A DNA stretch of 64,000 nt from an uncultured Verrucomicrobiae bacterium (GCA_963834385.1 CAWIBO010000002.1:704001-768000), one strand, 5' to 3'; shown: positions 1-10,663, counted from the stretch's first letter. Numbers and translations: made by a program. The notes: generated from the letters alone by a model not told the origin.

Positions 1-1076
1 CCGGGTTTTCCTGCGAAAACTCCGCCGCGCCCGGGTTTTCCGCGCGCGCCTGCAGGAGGACGCGCGCATAACGGCGGCGGACCACCTCGGCCATGCTGGC
101 AAAGTCGTCCTGACCTTCCACCGACCGGATCCGGTAGCGCCGGTAATTGTTCTTGTCCGGAACACCGTTCCGGAAAGAGACCATCGAGGCCACGACATGC
201 GTGGTGGAAATATTGGAGATGTCGAAACATTCCATCACCACCGGCCGGTCCGGCAACTGGAGTGCATCGGCCAGGCCGCGCACGTCCGCCTCCGGATCGA
301 TCGTGCTCGGGAGGGAGTGGCGGGTGAAGCGTCGCATCGGTTTCGTCGTGCGCTTGAGATCCTCCAGCATGTTGCGCAGGTCGGCCGCCTTCTCGAAGTC
401 GAGCTTTTCCGCCGCCTTGCGCATCTCCTCCTCGAGCGACCCGATCATTTCGCGTGAGTGGCCTTCGAGGAAATCACACGCCTGATCGACCCGTTCGCGG
501 TACTGCTCCGCGGTCGTTTCTCCCAGGCGCATCGGGACCTGGTAGGTGGACGACTTCAGCTCCCGCGCGGTGGGTGAACCGCGGCCGAAGGTCAAAACCC
601 CAAAGCGTTTGCGCATGAAGGAAAGCGTCTGCCGCAGGGCCCCCGCGTGGGCGTAAGGGCCGAAGTAACGCGCCCTGTCGTCCTTTTTGAAACGGGCCAG
701 GCGGAAACGCGGGCCATTCCTCCTGCAGATCGACTTTCACCAGCAGGAAGCGTTTGTCGTCGCGGAAGGAAACGTTGTAGCGCGGGCGATATTCCTTGAT
801 CAACCGCCCCTCAAGCAAAAGCGATTCCGCTTCGCTCTGCACCGTGTGCGTCTCGAAATCCCAGACCGCCTCCAGCAGGGCCCGCGTCTTCAGGTCGGCC
901 TGGGCCATCCGCGAAGGCATGAAATAAGAGCCGACCCGCTTGCGGAGGTCCCGCGCCTTCCCCACGTAGATGACGCGATTGAATCGGTCACGCATGAGAT
1001 AAACACCGGGCTTGTGCGGAACCTCGTGCACCTTCCGGGCGAGATCCGGTTTTTCCTGGCGGGCGGGGACGGGCAT
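1..1076 (-). CDS. uvrC: Excinuclease ABC subunit C (runs off window start; one frameshift near 710)
   Basis: GIY-YIG start PHKPGVYLMRD..VIYVGKARDLRKRV; after a one-base shift it reads YFGPY..., LDFEKAADLR and MECFDISN...YRRYRI..QDDFASMAEVVRRRY. Confidence 0.93.
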
Positions 1077-1140
1077 ACGGGCGCGGGAAACGTCCGCACC
1101 CCGGCCGCCAAATGCAACCTCGCACCGGCCCGCGGCGCGC

Positions 1141-1349
1141 TCAGGCTGTCCGGCGCCGCGCGAGTGCCGAACTGATCATCATCAGCTCGGTCACGTTCTT
1201 GGGGGTTTGAAGTCCCACCAACCGCTTCATCCCCTCCAGCACCGGGACCGCCGGGCAGGCCGATTGTTGCATGAGATGAAAGCGTCCCTCGTAACGTGAA
1301 TGCGGACGACAATGCCGGCGATGCAAGCGACAGGAATGGACCAGCTCAT
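1141..1349 (-). pseudogene. Internally deleted remnant of a site-2 protease (M50)/CBS-domain gene
   Basis: ATG at 1349 gives MSWSIPVACIAGIVVRIHVT (like an M50 N-terminus), joined almost directly to a CBS-like tail HLMQQSACPAVPVLEGMKRLVGLQTPKNVTELMM. Confidence 0.5.
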
Positions 1350-1417
1350 ACTTGTATGACGATACGCAGCCCGGCCCGCCTCACGATTTCTTCACCCCCG
1401 TCGACGGCTGGGCGCCG

Positions 1418-2503
1418 ATGAGCACACTCTATGATGTCCTCGTCGTCGGGGGCGGTCCCGCCGGCAGCAGTTGCGCCGCGTTTTCCGCCGCGGCCGGCCT
1501 CCGCACCCTTCTCGTCGAACGGGAAAAATTTCCGCGCGAAAAGGTCTGCGGCGATTGCCTTAATCCGTCGGTCTGGCCGGTGCTGGACCGGCTCGATCTT
1601 TCCGCGCGCGTCCGCGCGCTCCCCCACGCCCGGCTCAGCACCGTCCGCTTTGTCCCGGTCCGTGGCGAACCGGCCGAGCTGCCGCTTCCGCCCGGGCCAA
1701 CCGGTGAAATCGCCGTGAAACGCAGTCTGCTCGACGCACTGCTTCTCGCCCGGGCCGGCGCCCTGGGGGCCGAACTCCTCACAGAAACGAGCGTCACGGC
1801 TGTGGCCCGATCGTCCGATCATTGGGAGATCGCAACGAACCAGGGAAAGTTCGCCGCCCGTCATCTGGTCGCGGCCGACGGACGAAACTCGACCGTGGCC
1901 CGGCTTTGCGGGCTGCTCCCGCGCATGACCCGGGAACGGCTCGGCTGGCAGACTCACGTTCCCCTTCCGCCCGCCTTCGGACAACGGGTGGTGCTGCAAC
2001 TGCTCCCCTGGGGTTACTCCGGTCAGGCGCCGGTGAACGAGCGTGAATTGAATCTCTGCCTCGTCGGACGTCCGCGCCATGCCGCCGCCCTCAAAGCCTG
2101 GGCGCACCGGGAATTTCATCTGGCGGACGATCACCCGTGGAGAACCATCACGCCGCTGAGCCGCGCCCCCATTTCCCCGGTGCACGAGGGGCTTTTTCTC
2201 GTGGGAGACGCAGCGCGCGTGGTGGAGCCCTTCACGGGCGAAGGAATTTTTTATGCCCTTCGTTCCGGCGAATTGGCAGCCACGGCCATCCGGCGGATGA
2301 AGGCCGGGGAGAAAAACGGGGCCGCGCAACAGTTCCTCGAAAGCCATCGCGCCATCTACCAGGGTCGCCTCTGGATCAATAAGCTGGCGCGTTTCTCCGT
2401 GCTCTATCCGCGCACCGCCTCGTTCTTTTTCAACGCGCGGCCGCTGCGGAACCGCCTGCTGCAATCGCTGCTGGCCCGTGTCACCGCCGCACCCGCCCGT
2501 TAG
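1418..2503 (+). CDS. FAD-dependent oxidoreductase (geranylgeranyl reductase-like)
   Basis: YDVLVVGGGPAG, FPREKVCG, AADG and LVGDAA..VEPFTGEGI motifs. Confidence 0.88.
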   Translation: MSTLYDVLVVGGGPAGSSCAAFSAAAGLRTLLVEREKFPREKVCGDCLNPSVWPVLDRLDLSARVRALPHARLSTVRFVPVRGEPAELPLPPGPTGEIAVKRSLLDALLLARAGALGAELLTETSVTAVARSSDHWEIATNQGKFAARHLVAADGRNSTVARLCGLLPRMTRERLGWQTHVPLPPAFGQRVVLQLLPWGYSGQAPVNERELNLCLVGRPRHAAALKAWAHREFHLADDHPWRTITPLSRAPISPVHEGLFLVGDAARVVEPFTGEGIFYALRSGELAATAIRRMKAGEKNGAAQQFLESHRAIYQGRLWINKLARFSVLYPRTASFFFNARPLRNRLLQSLLARVTAAPAR

Positions 2504-2538
2504 CGCGGCGGCGCGCCGCTAGATACCGGGGCTCCGCT

Positions 2539-3084
2539 TCAGCGCGGGCGAAAACGGGGGCCGCGGCCGGTCGATTCCTCGTAACCGACCCCGACGCTGA
2601 TGCTGAACTTCTCGTTGCCGACTTCGCCCAGGATATAGCCCGCCTTCACTTCCCGGTCGAACTTGCTGCCGATGGAACGACCGTAGAGAACACCGACCTC
2701 CCCCCGGGAGTAAACACGGTCGGTCTCGGTCAAAACCGCGCCGCTTTCCACCTCCCGATCGGTGACCGATTTGAAATCGCCCGCCTCCGGCACCGGGTCG
2801 ACCGCCGTGACTTCCGGCAGGGCGTAGGGCGCGGGCGCTGCCATCCAGGCCAGGGAAACTGGGAAAGAGAATGCGCGATTACTGGCGAGAGCCAGCGATG
2901 AAAGCCCGCCGTAAAGGTCGGCCACCGTGCGTCCGGGCTGGCTTACGGCGAGCAGGCTGGTTGAACCGCGAGCGTGGCCGAGAGAAAGGGTCGTTTCCTG
3001 CGCCGGAAGAGACGCGGCCAGGAGGAAGGACAAGGCCAGGCCGGTCAAAACAACCTTCGTCATAGCGGATAAATGCACAGCCAA
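2539..3084 (-). CDS. Hypothetical exported protein
   Basis: Signal-peptide-like N-terminus; fills the gap downstream of folD. Confidence 0.6.
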   Translation of the reverse strand: MAVHLSAMTKVVLTGLALSFLLAASLPAQETTLSLGHARGSTSLLAVSQPGRTVADLYGGLSSLALASNRAFSFPVSLAWMAAPAPYALPEVTAVDPVPEAGDFKSVTDREVESGAVLTETDRVYSRGEVGVLYGRSIGSKFDREVKAGYILGEVGNEKFSISVGVGYEESTGRGPRFRPR

Positions 3085-3115
3085 ACCGCCTGCGGCGCCA
3101 GCGAAATCTTCAGGC

Positions 3116-4000
3116 TCACTCCCCGGCGAAGGCGCGGCAGGCCTTGACCGTGTTGCTCATCAGCATGGCGATGGTCATCGGGCCGACCCCCCCGGGAACC
3201 GGCGTGATCGCCGACGCTTTTGCGCTCACTTCCTCGAAGGCGACATCTCCGACAAGGCGATGGCCTTTCGGCGCCGTCGCGTCGCTGACCCGGTTGATCC
3301 CGACATCGAGCACGACCGCTCCCTCGCGCACATGTTCGGCCCGGACAAAACCGGCCTGGCCAATGGCCGCGACGAGGATATCAGCGGAGGCGGTGATCTC
3401 GGGAAGATTTCGCGTGCGCGAGTGCGCCACGGTCACGGTGGCGTCGCCCCCCGGCCCTTTTTGCATGAGAAGAAGGGCGAGCGGTTTGCCGACGATCATG
3501 CTGCGTCCGAGCACAACGACGTGGGCGCCCGCGGTCTCCACGCCGCTCTCGAGGAGCAGGCGCTGGCAGCCGAGCGGGGTGCAGGGAACAAAGCCGGCCG
3601 GATCGCCCAGCGCCAGCCGGGCCACATTCGCGGGATGAAACCCATCCACGTCCTTGCGCGGATCGAGGGCGCGCACGATCGCAACCTCGTCAATATGCCG
3701 CGGCGGGGGCGACTGCACGAGGATGCCATGAATCTTGTCGTCGCGATTCAATTCCTCGATGCGCGCCAGCAGCGCGGCCTGGGTGGTCTCAGCCGGCAGC
3801 TCGAGCTTGACCGAGTGCAGCCCAAGCTCCCGGCACATCCTGTCCTTGGCTCGCACATAGGACCGCGAGGCCGGGTCGTCGCCCACCAGGACCACGGCCA
3901 GGCCGGGTTGATGCCCCCGCGCCGAGAGCCGGGCGACTTCCTGCCGCAGACCGGCGTAGACCTTCTCCGCGATTTCCCGGCCATCAATCAAACGCGCCAT
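3116..4000 (-). CDS. folD: Bifunctional methylene-THF dehydrogenase/cyclohydrolase
   Basis: [33 protein letters not shown]. Confidence 0.97.
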   Translation of the reverse strand: MARLIDGREIAEKVYAGLRQEVARLSARGHQPGLAVVLVGDDPASRSYVRAKDRMCRELGLHSVKLELPAETTQAALLARIEELNRDDKIHGILVQSPPPRHIDEVAIVRALDPRKDVDGFHPANVARLALGDPAGFVPCTPLGCQRLLLESGVETAGAHVVVLGRSMIVGKPLALLLMQKGPGGDATVTVAHSRTRNLPEITASADILVAAIGQAGFVRAEHVREGAVVLDVGINRVSDATAPKGHRLVGDVAFEEVSAKASAITPVPGGVGPMTIAMLMSNTVKACRAFAGE

Positions 4001-4047
4001 CTTGATCGCGAAGCTGACGCGGGAATACCACCGCGGTCAACGCCCAA

Positions 4048-4692
4048 TCAGCGGCGTTCGGTCAGGGCCAGGAGCGTGTTCTGCAGCCGCAGACGTTCCT
4101 GCTCGAATTGCTCGTCCGTCGCGCTCGGCCGGACGGCGTGCGGCTCGGCAAAAACCACCCGGACACGCGAGAACGGGCGCGGAATCATGAATCCGTCCCA
4201 CGAGCCCAGGCGCCAGCAGCTCGAGTATTCGATGCCGATCGGGATCACGGCCGCGCCCGACTTTTGCGCGAGGAGGATGATTCCCGGCCCCATCTCGTAG
4301 ACGGGACCGCGCGGACCGTCCGGGGTGAAAACGACGTCGCGCCCGGCGGCGAGGGTATCGGCCAGCTGCAACATGGCGGTGGCCCCCTTGCGCGAACTGG
4401 AGCCGCGGACCACGTCGAACCCGAAACGTTCCACCAGGTCGGCGATCAGGGCACCGTCCCGGCTCGGGCTGATCAGGGCCGCGCCCCGGCGCTGCGGCAC
4501 GAAGCGGCGAAGCACCAGCGGCGCCACCAGAAGGCGGTTATGCCAGAGAGCGCCAATGTAGGCGCGAGTCTGCGGCACATTCCGCACCCCGGCGCGATCA
4601 TCCAGCTCGACGCGAAGCGTGCGCGCAAGCCCCCGGATCAGCCAGTAGCCGAGGGCCACCAGCCAGCGGGCAGACCGGCCTTCGATCTTCAC
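4048..4692 (-). CDS. DUF374 / lysophospholipid acyltransferase family protein
   Basis: WHNRL, SPSRDG, VRGSSSR, TPDGPRGP motifs. Confidence 0.88.
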   Translation of the reverse strand: MKIEGRSARWLVALGYWLIRGLARTLRVELDDRAGVRNVPQTRAYIGALWHNRLLVAPLVLRRFVPQRRGAALISPSRDGALIADLVERFGFDVVRGSSSRKGATAMLQLADTLAAGRDVVFTPDGPRGPVYEMGPGIILLAQKSGAAVIPIGIEYSSCWRLGSWDGFMIPRPFSRVRVVFAEPHAVRPSATDEQFEQERLRLQNTLLALTERR

Positions 4693-5252
4693 GCGCCGGG
4701 CGAGGTTGAATTTTTCCAGCGAAAAGCACGGGGCGCGGGCAGCCCAAGCTGGTCGAGGATCCGCCAGACCACCGTGTCCACGACATCGTTGACGGACTGC
4801 GGCCGCGAATAGAAGGAAGGGATCGCGGGCAGAACCGTCGCCCCCGCCTCGAGCAGCGCCACGACGTTGCGCGCATGGATCAGGCTCCAGGGCGTTTCGC
4901 GCGCCACCACGATCAAGCGGCGCCGTTCCTTCAGGAAAACGTCGGCCGCCCGCAGCAGGGCCGTGTCCCCCGTGCCGGTGGCGATGCGGCCGAGCGTGGC
5001 CATGGAACAGGGAACAATGACCATGGCATCAAACCGGGAGGAACCGCTGACATAAGGGACATTGAGGTCACGCTCGGGATGTTCGTGAAATCCCGCGGGG
5101 ATGGCGAACCCGTCCACTTCCTCCGCCGCGACCTGGCGCGCGTGGGTGCTCATGATGACGTGCACCTCGTGCGCCGCCGGGTCGATCGCCTGGAGCAGCC
5201 GCTGAAAATAGATGGTGCCGCTGGCGCCGGTCGCGGCAAGGACGAGTTTCAT
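4689..5252 (-). CDS. ubiX: Flavin prenyltransferase UbiX
   Basis: ATGASG, SGS, VPCSMATL, RAADVFLKERR, RETP, PSFY. Confidence 0.95.
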   Translation of the reverse strand: MKLVLAATGASGTIYFQRLLQAIDPAAHEVHVIMSTHARQVAAEEVDGFAIPAGFHEHPERDLNVPYVSGSSRFDAMVIVPCSMATLGRIATGTGDTALLRAADVFLKERRRLIVVARETPWSLIHARNVVALLEAGATVLPAIPSFYSRPQSVNDVVDTVVWRILDQLGLPAPRAFRWKNSTSPGA

Positions 5253-5399
5253 CGCGCTTACAGAATCACAATAGCGGCGCCGAAACTAGCAGTTCCCCGC
5301 CTTTCTCGCCCCGGGACGACGGAGTCCTTCCCTGGTTCCCACCCGGCCACGGCGCCGGCGAAGGTTGAACGAAACGGCAATCGCGGCGACAGATCATTC

Positions 5400-5792
5400 A
5401 TGGTGAAAAAGCTCCTGCACACGCGCTACCGGGTGACCGACCTCGAGAAGACGGTCTCGTTTTACAAGGAGGTGCTCGGTCTCGAGGAAATTCGGCGCCA
5501 TACCTCGGGGCGCGGTTCCCAGCTTGTTTTTCTGCGCGCACCCGGCAGTGAGGAGGAAATCGAGCTCTGTAAATACGACGCCAGCGGGCCGGTCGTGGTC
5601 GGGCCTGACCTGACCCACCTCGCTTTCCTGGTCGAGGACATGGACGAATTCGCCCGGCACGCCGCGGCCAAGGGTTATCCTCTCTCCGACGGGCCCCACC
5701 CGAACGGAAAAGGGGGCGCGATTGCCTTCATCGACGCGCCGGAAGGCTACGAAGTGGAACTGATCCAGCGCGGCGAGAATTCCGCCGCTTGA
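5400..5792 (+). CDS. VOC family protein (lactoylglutathione lyase-like)
   Basis: LLHTRYRVTDLEKTVSFY, HLAF.VED, AFIDAPEGYEVELIQ. Confidence 0.88.
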   Translation: MVKKLLHTRYRVTDLEKTVSFYKEVLGLEEIRRHTSGRGSQLVFLRAPGSEEEIELCKYDASGPVVVGPDLTHLAFLVEDMDEFARHAAAKGYPLSDGPHPNGKGGAIAFIDAPEGYEVELIQRGENSAA

Positions 5793-5823
5793 TCTTCCGG
5801 GCTGAGCACAAATAGGTTTTATC

Positions 5824-6729
5824 GTGTTTTCCTTCCCCCGCCTTTTTCTTTTTTCGCTGCGCTGGCTTCTCGTCCTCGCGCTCGGCCTCGGCAGCGCCGA
5901 GGCCGCGACGAAGAAATCAAAGAAACCCACCGTCCGGCGGGCCGAGCCGGTCCTGACCGAGCCGACGCCGCCGCCCCGGCCTTCCGATCCTGGCCGCGCT
6001 CCCTCCACCCGCGCCGCGGCCGTCATCGTGGTCGACGCCACCACCGGCGAAGTGCTCTACGAGAAAAATGCCGACGAGCTGCGGCCGGCCGCGAGCACGC
6101 AAAAACTGCTCACCGGCCTGCTCGTGGCCGAGCGCGGTTACCTCGATGAACGCGTGGTGGTGCATCCGACCGACACCTACGCCGAGCCCTCGAAGCTCTA
6201 CATCAAGGCGGGCGACAGCTATCGCCGCCTTGAACTGCTGCGCGCGCTCCTGGTGAAAAGTTCCAACGATGTGGCCCGCTGCCTGGCGCGCGATCATTCC
6301 GGCAGCGTTGATCGCTTTGCCGCGGCCATGAACCGGCGCGCCCGCGAGCTGGGCGCCTTCAATTCGAATTTCGTCAACCCGAACGGGCTCCCCTCGCCGG
6401 GCCAATATTCCACCGCGCGCGATCTTGCCCGGATTGCGCGGGCGGCCTATGCCAACCCCACCATTCGCTCGATCGTGAAAATGCCCAAGATGGTTTTCCG
6501 TTTCGCCAACGGCCGCACCCGGGAACTGGAGAACACCAACAAGGTCCTGCGCCGGTTCGCCTACTGCAACGGGATGAAGACGGGTTACACCAACGCCGCC
6601 GGTTATTGTCTCATCTCCAGCGCCACCCGCCCGGGCGGCCGCGAAGTCATCGCGGTTGTCCTCGGCAACAGCAAAGCCAGCATTTGGAAGGATTCGGCCG
6701 CCCTGCTCGCCTGGGGTATCTGGTTGTAG
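5824..6729 (+). CDS. D-alanyl-D-alanine carboxypeptidase (peptidase S11)
   Basis: SxxK (ASTQK), SSN, NPNGL and KTG motifs. Confidence 0.92.
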   Translation: MFSFPRLFLFSLRWLLVLALGLGSAEAATKKSKKPTVRRAEPVLTEPTPPPRPSDPGRAPSTRAAAVIVVDATTGEVLYEKNADELRPAASTQKLLTGLLVAERGYLDERVVVHPTDTYAEPSKLYIKAGDSYRRLELLRALLVKSSNDVARCLARDHSGSVDRFAAAMNRRARELGAFNSNFVNPNGLPSPGQYSTARDLARIARAAYANPTIRSIVKMPKMVFRFANGRTRELENTNKVLRRFAYCNGMKTGYTNAAGYCLISSATRPGGREVIAVVLGNSKASIWKDSAALLAWGIWL

Positions 6730-6744
6730 TGCGGCCCGCCTCTC

Positions 6745-7923
6745 ATGAGTGATCTGTTCCAGGAGCAACTGCAGGCGCTCCGGAGCCGGTCGCTCTACCG
6801 GAACCTCCGCGAAATGGGCAGCGCGCAGGGCCCCGAGGTCGAGTTCGTCGGCCAGCGCCTCGCCAATTTTTCCTCGAACGATTACCTCGGGCTCGCCGGC
6901 GATGCCCGCCTGCGCGAAGCCGCCGTCGCCGCCATCGGCGAGTTCGGTGTCGGCGCCGGGGCCGCCCGCCTCGTCAGCGGCACCCAGTCGCCGCACGTTC
7001 GTCTCGAACAAACGCTGGCCCGCTGGAAAGGCACTGCCGCCGCCCTCACCTTCAACAGCGGCTACGCCGCGGCCCTTGGGACCATCCCGGCCCTCGTCAC
7101 CAAGAACGATGTCATCCTCCTCGACAAGCTCAGTCATGCCTGCCTGATCGATGGCGCCCGCCTTAGCGGCGCGACCCTGCGCGTTTTTCCGCACAACCAC
7201 CTCGGCAAACTGGAGAGCCACCTGGAATGGGCCAAACGCGAGCGGCCCGAGGCCCGGCTCCTTGTCATCACCGAGTCGGTCTTTTCGATGGATGGCGACC
7301 GCGCTCCGCTCTCACCGCTGATCGAACTGAAGAACCGGTTCGGCGCCATGCTCCTCCTCGACGAGGCCCACGCCGTCGGCGTGATCGGCCCGCATGGACG
7401 CGGCCTGGCCGCCCATGAGGGACTGGAAAAGGAGGTCGATGTGCAGATGGGCACGTTGAGCAAGGCGCTCGGGGTCGCCGGCGGTTACATCTGCGGGTCG
7501 CGCCCCCTGATCGAGTGGCTGATCAATCGCGCCCGCGCCTTTGTCTTCTCCACCGCACCGCCCCCGGCGCTGGCCGCCGCCGCCACCGCCGCGCTCGAGC
7601 TGGTCGGTTCGGAAACCGGCGACGAACTCCGGCGGAAACTCTGGCAGAACATCGCGCTCTATCGTTCGATCGTGCCCGGGCCGCCCGCCCGCGCCGCCGA
7701 TGAAGGCAGCGCGATCCATCCCTGGATCGTGGGCGACGAACAGGCGGCGCTCGACCTCGGGCGCAGCTTGCGCACGGAAGGTTTTCTCGTCCCGGCGATT
7801 CGCTACCCGACGGTGGCGCGGGGCATGGCCCGTTTACGCATCACCCTCACGGCGGCGCACGAGGAAAAGAAAATCCGCGCGTTAGCCGAGGCTATCGCGC
7901 GGACCTCTCCGGGAAGAAAGTAA
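6745..7923 (+). CDS. bioF: 8-amino-7-oxononanoate synthase
   Basis: NFSSNDYLGL, ESVFSMDGD, DEAHA, GTLSKA, AIRYPTV. Confidence 0.94.
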   Translation: MSDLFQEQLQALRSRSLYRNLREMGSAQGPEVEFVGQRLANFSSNDYLGLAGDARLREAAVAAIGEFGVGAGAARLVSGTQSPHVRLEQTLARWKGTAAALTFNSGYAAALGTIPALVTKNDVILLDKLSHACLIDGARLSGATLRVFPHNHLGKLESHLEWAKRERPEARLLVITESVFSMDGDRAPLSPLIELKNRFGAMLLLDEAHAVGVIGPHGRGLAAHEGLEKEVDVQMGTLSKALGVAGGYICGSRPLIEWLINRARAFVFSTAPPPALAAAATAALELVGSETGDELRRKLWQNIALYRSIVPGPPARAADEGSAIHPWIVGDEQAALDLGRSLRTEGFLVPAIRYPTVARGMARLRITLTAAHEEKKIRALAEAIARTSPGRK

Positions 7924-7924
7924 G

Positions 7925-8185
7925 TTACAGGCTGGAGGCAGCCGAGTTCCGCAGGAGCGGAGAAGGAACTACGCCGGGGTTGCGCACCGGGTCGTTCGGG
8001 CCTTCCGCGGGAATGTCCCCCTCGGGGCCTTCCGCCGGCGGCATCGGCTCGGTTTCGGAACCTTCGCGGGCTTCCACCTGCGCCAGCATGCGCTGTTCAA
8101 GGGTTCCTTCTTTCGCGGTGCGCGTGGTCGAGCAGGAGCTCAGGGCAACCGCGGTCAGCAGGCAAAGCATCAGTTTCGCAATCAT
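7925..8185 (-). CDS. Hypothetical lipoprotein
   Basis: Lipobox-like LSSC; GAGGAG Shine-Dalgarno upstream of the ATG. Confidence 0.7.
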   Translation of the reverse strand: MIAKLMLCLLTAVALSSCSTTRTAKEGTLEQRMLAQVEAREGSETEPMPPAEGPEGDIPAEGPNDPVRNPGVVPSPLLRNSAASSL

Positions 8186-8309
8186 CGTGTGTTGTATCTC
8201 CTCGAAATGGGTTATCCGACGGTCTTTATAATTACTATATTTTATTTCGGAGTGGCAAGTACGTTTTTTGCTAAATCAAAAATGCGACCCAAAACAGCGA
8301 AATTCGCCC

Positions 8310-9182
8310 TTATCCCGGGCCAAACCGCCCCAGGATCGGCCGAAGCCGCTCCACCGTCTCCGCCGGCCATAGTTTCCGGTCGGTCACCAGGGCACTGTCG
8401 AGGGCCCGGTGCTCCGGCCAGTCCGGCGTTTCCGGGATCTGCGGGATCACCTCCGTCAGGATCTTTTTGGCCGTCTCGGCATTGGCCATGAGGTGGCCGA
8501 TCACCGCCTGGGCGGAGACCGCCTCCTCCTCCACCTTCCAGCAGTCGTAGTCGGTAATCATGGCCATGGTCGCAAGGGCGATCTCCGCCTCGCGCGCCAG
8601 CTTGGCCTCGGGGAGGTTGGTCATGCCGATGACATCGAAGCCGTGCCGGCGATTAAGTTCCGATTCCGCCCGGGTGGAAAACGCGGGCCCATCCATGTTC
8701 ACGTAGGTTCCGCCGTTGTGGACCTTGATTTCCAGGGTGCGCGCCGATTCCGCCAGGAGGTTGCGCAGGCTCGGGCTGATCGGGTCGGCAAATCCGATGT
8801 GCGCGGCAATGCCCCGTCCGAAGAAAGTGTGGTCGGCGCGCTGGCTGGTCCGGTCGTAGAACTGCGACGGCAGGAGGACGTCGCGAGGCGCGTATTTTTC
8901 CTGGAGACTGCCTACGGCGGTGACGCAGATGATCCAGCGGACGTTGAGCGAGCGCAGCGCCCAGATGTTGGCCCGATGATTCAGCTCATGCGGGAGGATC
9001 CGGTGGCCGCGCCCGTGCCGGGGCAGGAAATAGACGGGGCGACCGGAGAGGGTGCCCCCCATGATCGCGTCGGAGGGGGCGCCAAAGGGCGTTTCCACCG
9101 TTTGCTCCGAGGGATCAACCACTCCCTCCATCTGGTAAAGCCCGCTCCCGCCGATTATCCCGATAGCCGGTGTCTTATCCAT
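8310..9182 (-). CDS. mtnP: S-methyl-5'-thioadenosine phosphorylase
   Basis: IGIIGGSGLY, LPRHGRGH, GPAFSTRAES, GMTNLPEAKLAREAE, TDYDCW. Confidence 0.95.
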   Translation of the reverse strand: MDKTPAIGIIGGSGLYQMEGVVDPSEQTVETPFGAPSDAIMGGTLSGRPVYFLPRHGRGHRILPHELNHRANIWALRSLNVRWIICVTAVGSLQEKYAPRDVLLPSQFYDRTSQRADHTFFGRGIAAHIGFADPISPSLRNLLAESARTLEIKVHNGGTYVNMDGPAFSTRAESELNRRHGFDVIGMTNLPEAKLAREAEIALATMAMITDYDCWKVEEEAVSAQAVIGHLMANAETAKKILTEVIPQIPETPDWPEHRALDSALVTDRKLWPAETVERLRPILGRFGPG

Positions 9183-9290
9183 GGCGTCGGCATTTAAGCG
9201 CAGAAAGGACGAACGGGAAGAAAATTAGCTTAAAGGGGTTGTGAGGGCGCGATGACACGGCCGTGAGCGCGTGTATGGTTTCCGCCGCCC

Positions 9291-10655
9291 ATGCCCCGAT
9301 TCTACATCAAGACCTACGGCTGCCAGATGAACGAGCGCGACTCGGAACAGGTCGCCCACTCGCTCCTCGAGCGGGGCTACGAGCGGGCCGCGACCGAGGC
9401 GGAGGCCGATGTCGTCCTCCTGAACACCTGCAGCGTGCGCGACATGGCGGACCAGAAGGCCATCGGGAAAATGGGCATGCTCGGCCAGATCGCGAAGCGG
9501 CGGCCGGAGGTTGTCTTTGGCTATCTGGGCTGCATGGCGCAGGCGCGCGGAAAGGAACTGCTTCAGGGGCTCAGCCATGTCGATCTCGTGGTCGGCACCC
9601 AGAAGTTTCACCGCGTGGCCGATTACGTGGAGGAGCTTCTCGAGCGCAAGCTCAGCCGGCAAAGCGACGACGATCCGCGCTACACCATTGTGGACACGGA
9701 GGAGGAGGCCGGGTCGCAGGGCACTATCCGGGAGCAGTCCGTGGCCGCCCGGCAGGCCACGGCCTTTGTCTCCATCATGCAGGGATGCAACATGCACTGC
9801 ACTTTTTGCATCGTTCCGCGCACACGCGGGAGCGAGCGCAGCCGCACGATCGACGAAATTGTGGCGGAAGTGCGCGGGCTGGCCGCCCAGGGCGTGCGCG
9901 AAGTCACCCTGCTCGGGCAGATCGTCAACCTCTACGGCCGGCACGAGTTTCCAAAGATCGGCGACCGCTCGCCCTTCGTGCAGCTGCTCGAGGCGGTCCA
10001 CACGGTCGAGGGAATCGAGCGGATCCGTTTCACCTCGCCCCACCCCATCGGCTTTCGCGACGATCTCGTCCGGGCCCTGGCCGAGCTGCCGAAACTGGCC
10101 GAGCACGTTCATCTTCCGCTCCAGTCCGGCTCGAACCGGATCCTGAAGGCGATGCATCGCACCTACACGGCCGAGAAATATCTCGCCCTGGTCGAGCGGC
10201 TCCGCGCGGCCCGCCCTGGGATTGCGCTGACCACCGACGTCATTGTCGGTTTTCCCGGGGAGACCGCAGCCGACTACCTGCTCACCCGCGAACTGGTGGA
10301 GCGGATCGGTTTCGACAACGCTTTCATCTTTCGTTATTCACCGCGGCGCGAAACCCCGGCCGCCCTGATGCCGGACCAGGTGGAGGAAAAGGTGAAGGAG
10401 GAACGCAACCGGGACCTGCTGGCCGTGGTGGACGCTTCCGCCCAGCGCAGCAACGCCTCTCTCGTGGGACAGGCGCCTGAGGTTCTCTGCGAGGGCCCGA
10501 GCCGGCACAATCGCGCCCGGCTCATGGGCCGGACCCGCACCAACAAGATTGCCATCTTCGAGGGTCCCGATGCGCTCGCGGGACGGCTTTTCCCGGTCCA
10601 GATCGAGGAGGCCAGCGGTTTCAGCTTGTATGGCCGTCCGCTCGTGCAACCCTGA
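9291..10655 (+). CDS. miaB: tRNA i6A37 methylthiotransferase
   Basis: TYGCQMNERDS, NTCSVR, radical-SAM GCNMHCTFC, C-terminal TRAM-like region. Confidence 0.96.
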   Translation: MPRFYIKTYGCQMNERDSEQVAHSLLERGYERAATEAEADVVLLNTCSVRDMADQKAIGKMGMLGQIAKRRPEVVFGYLGCMAQARGKELLQGLSHVDLVVGTQKFHRVADYVEELLERKLSRQSDDDPRYTIVDTEEEAGSQGTIREQSVAARQATAFVSIMQGCNMHCTFCIVPRTRGSERSRTIDEIVAEVRGLAAQGVREVTLLGQIVNLYGRHEFPKIGDRSPFVQLLEAVHTVEGIERIRFTSPHPIGFRDDLVRALAELPKLAEHVHLPLQSGSNRILKAMHRTYTAEKYLALVERLRAARPGIALTTDVIVGFPGETAADYLLTRELVERIGFDNAFIFRYSPRRETPAALMPDQVEEKVKEERNRDLLAVVDASAQRSNASLVGQAPEVLCEGPSRHNRARLMGRTRTNKIAIFEGPDALAGRLFPVQIEEASGFSLYGRPLVQP

Positions 10656-10663
10656 CCGGCCGC

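Noticed and set aside
1..45. CCGGGTTTTC twice, resembling the leuS REP core
   Set aside because: No GGAG foot or closing palindrome arm; it simply encodes ENPG/ENP within uvrC.
8221..8248. dif-like look (GGTCTTTATAA-TTACTA-TATTTTATTTC)
   Set aside because: Right arm matches the XerD consensus TTATGTTAAAT poorly, and a dif site is not expected near dnaA.
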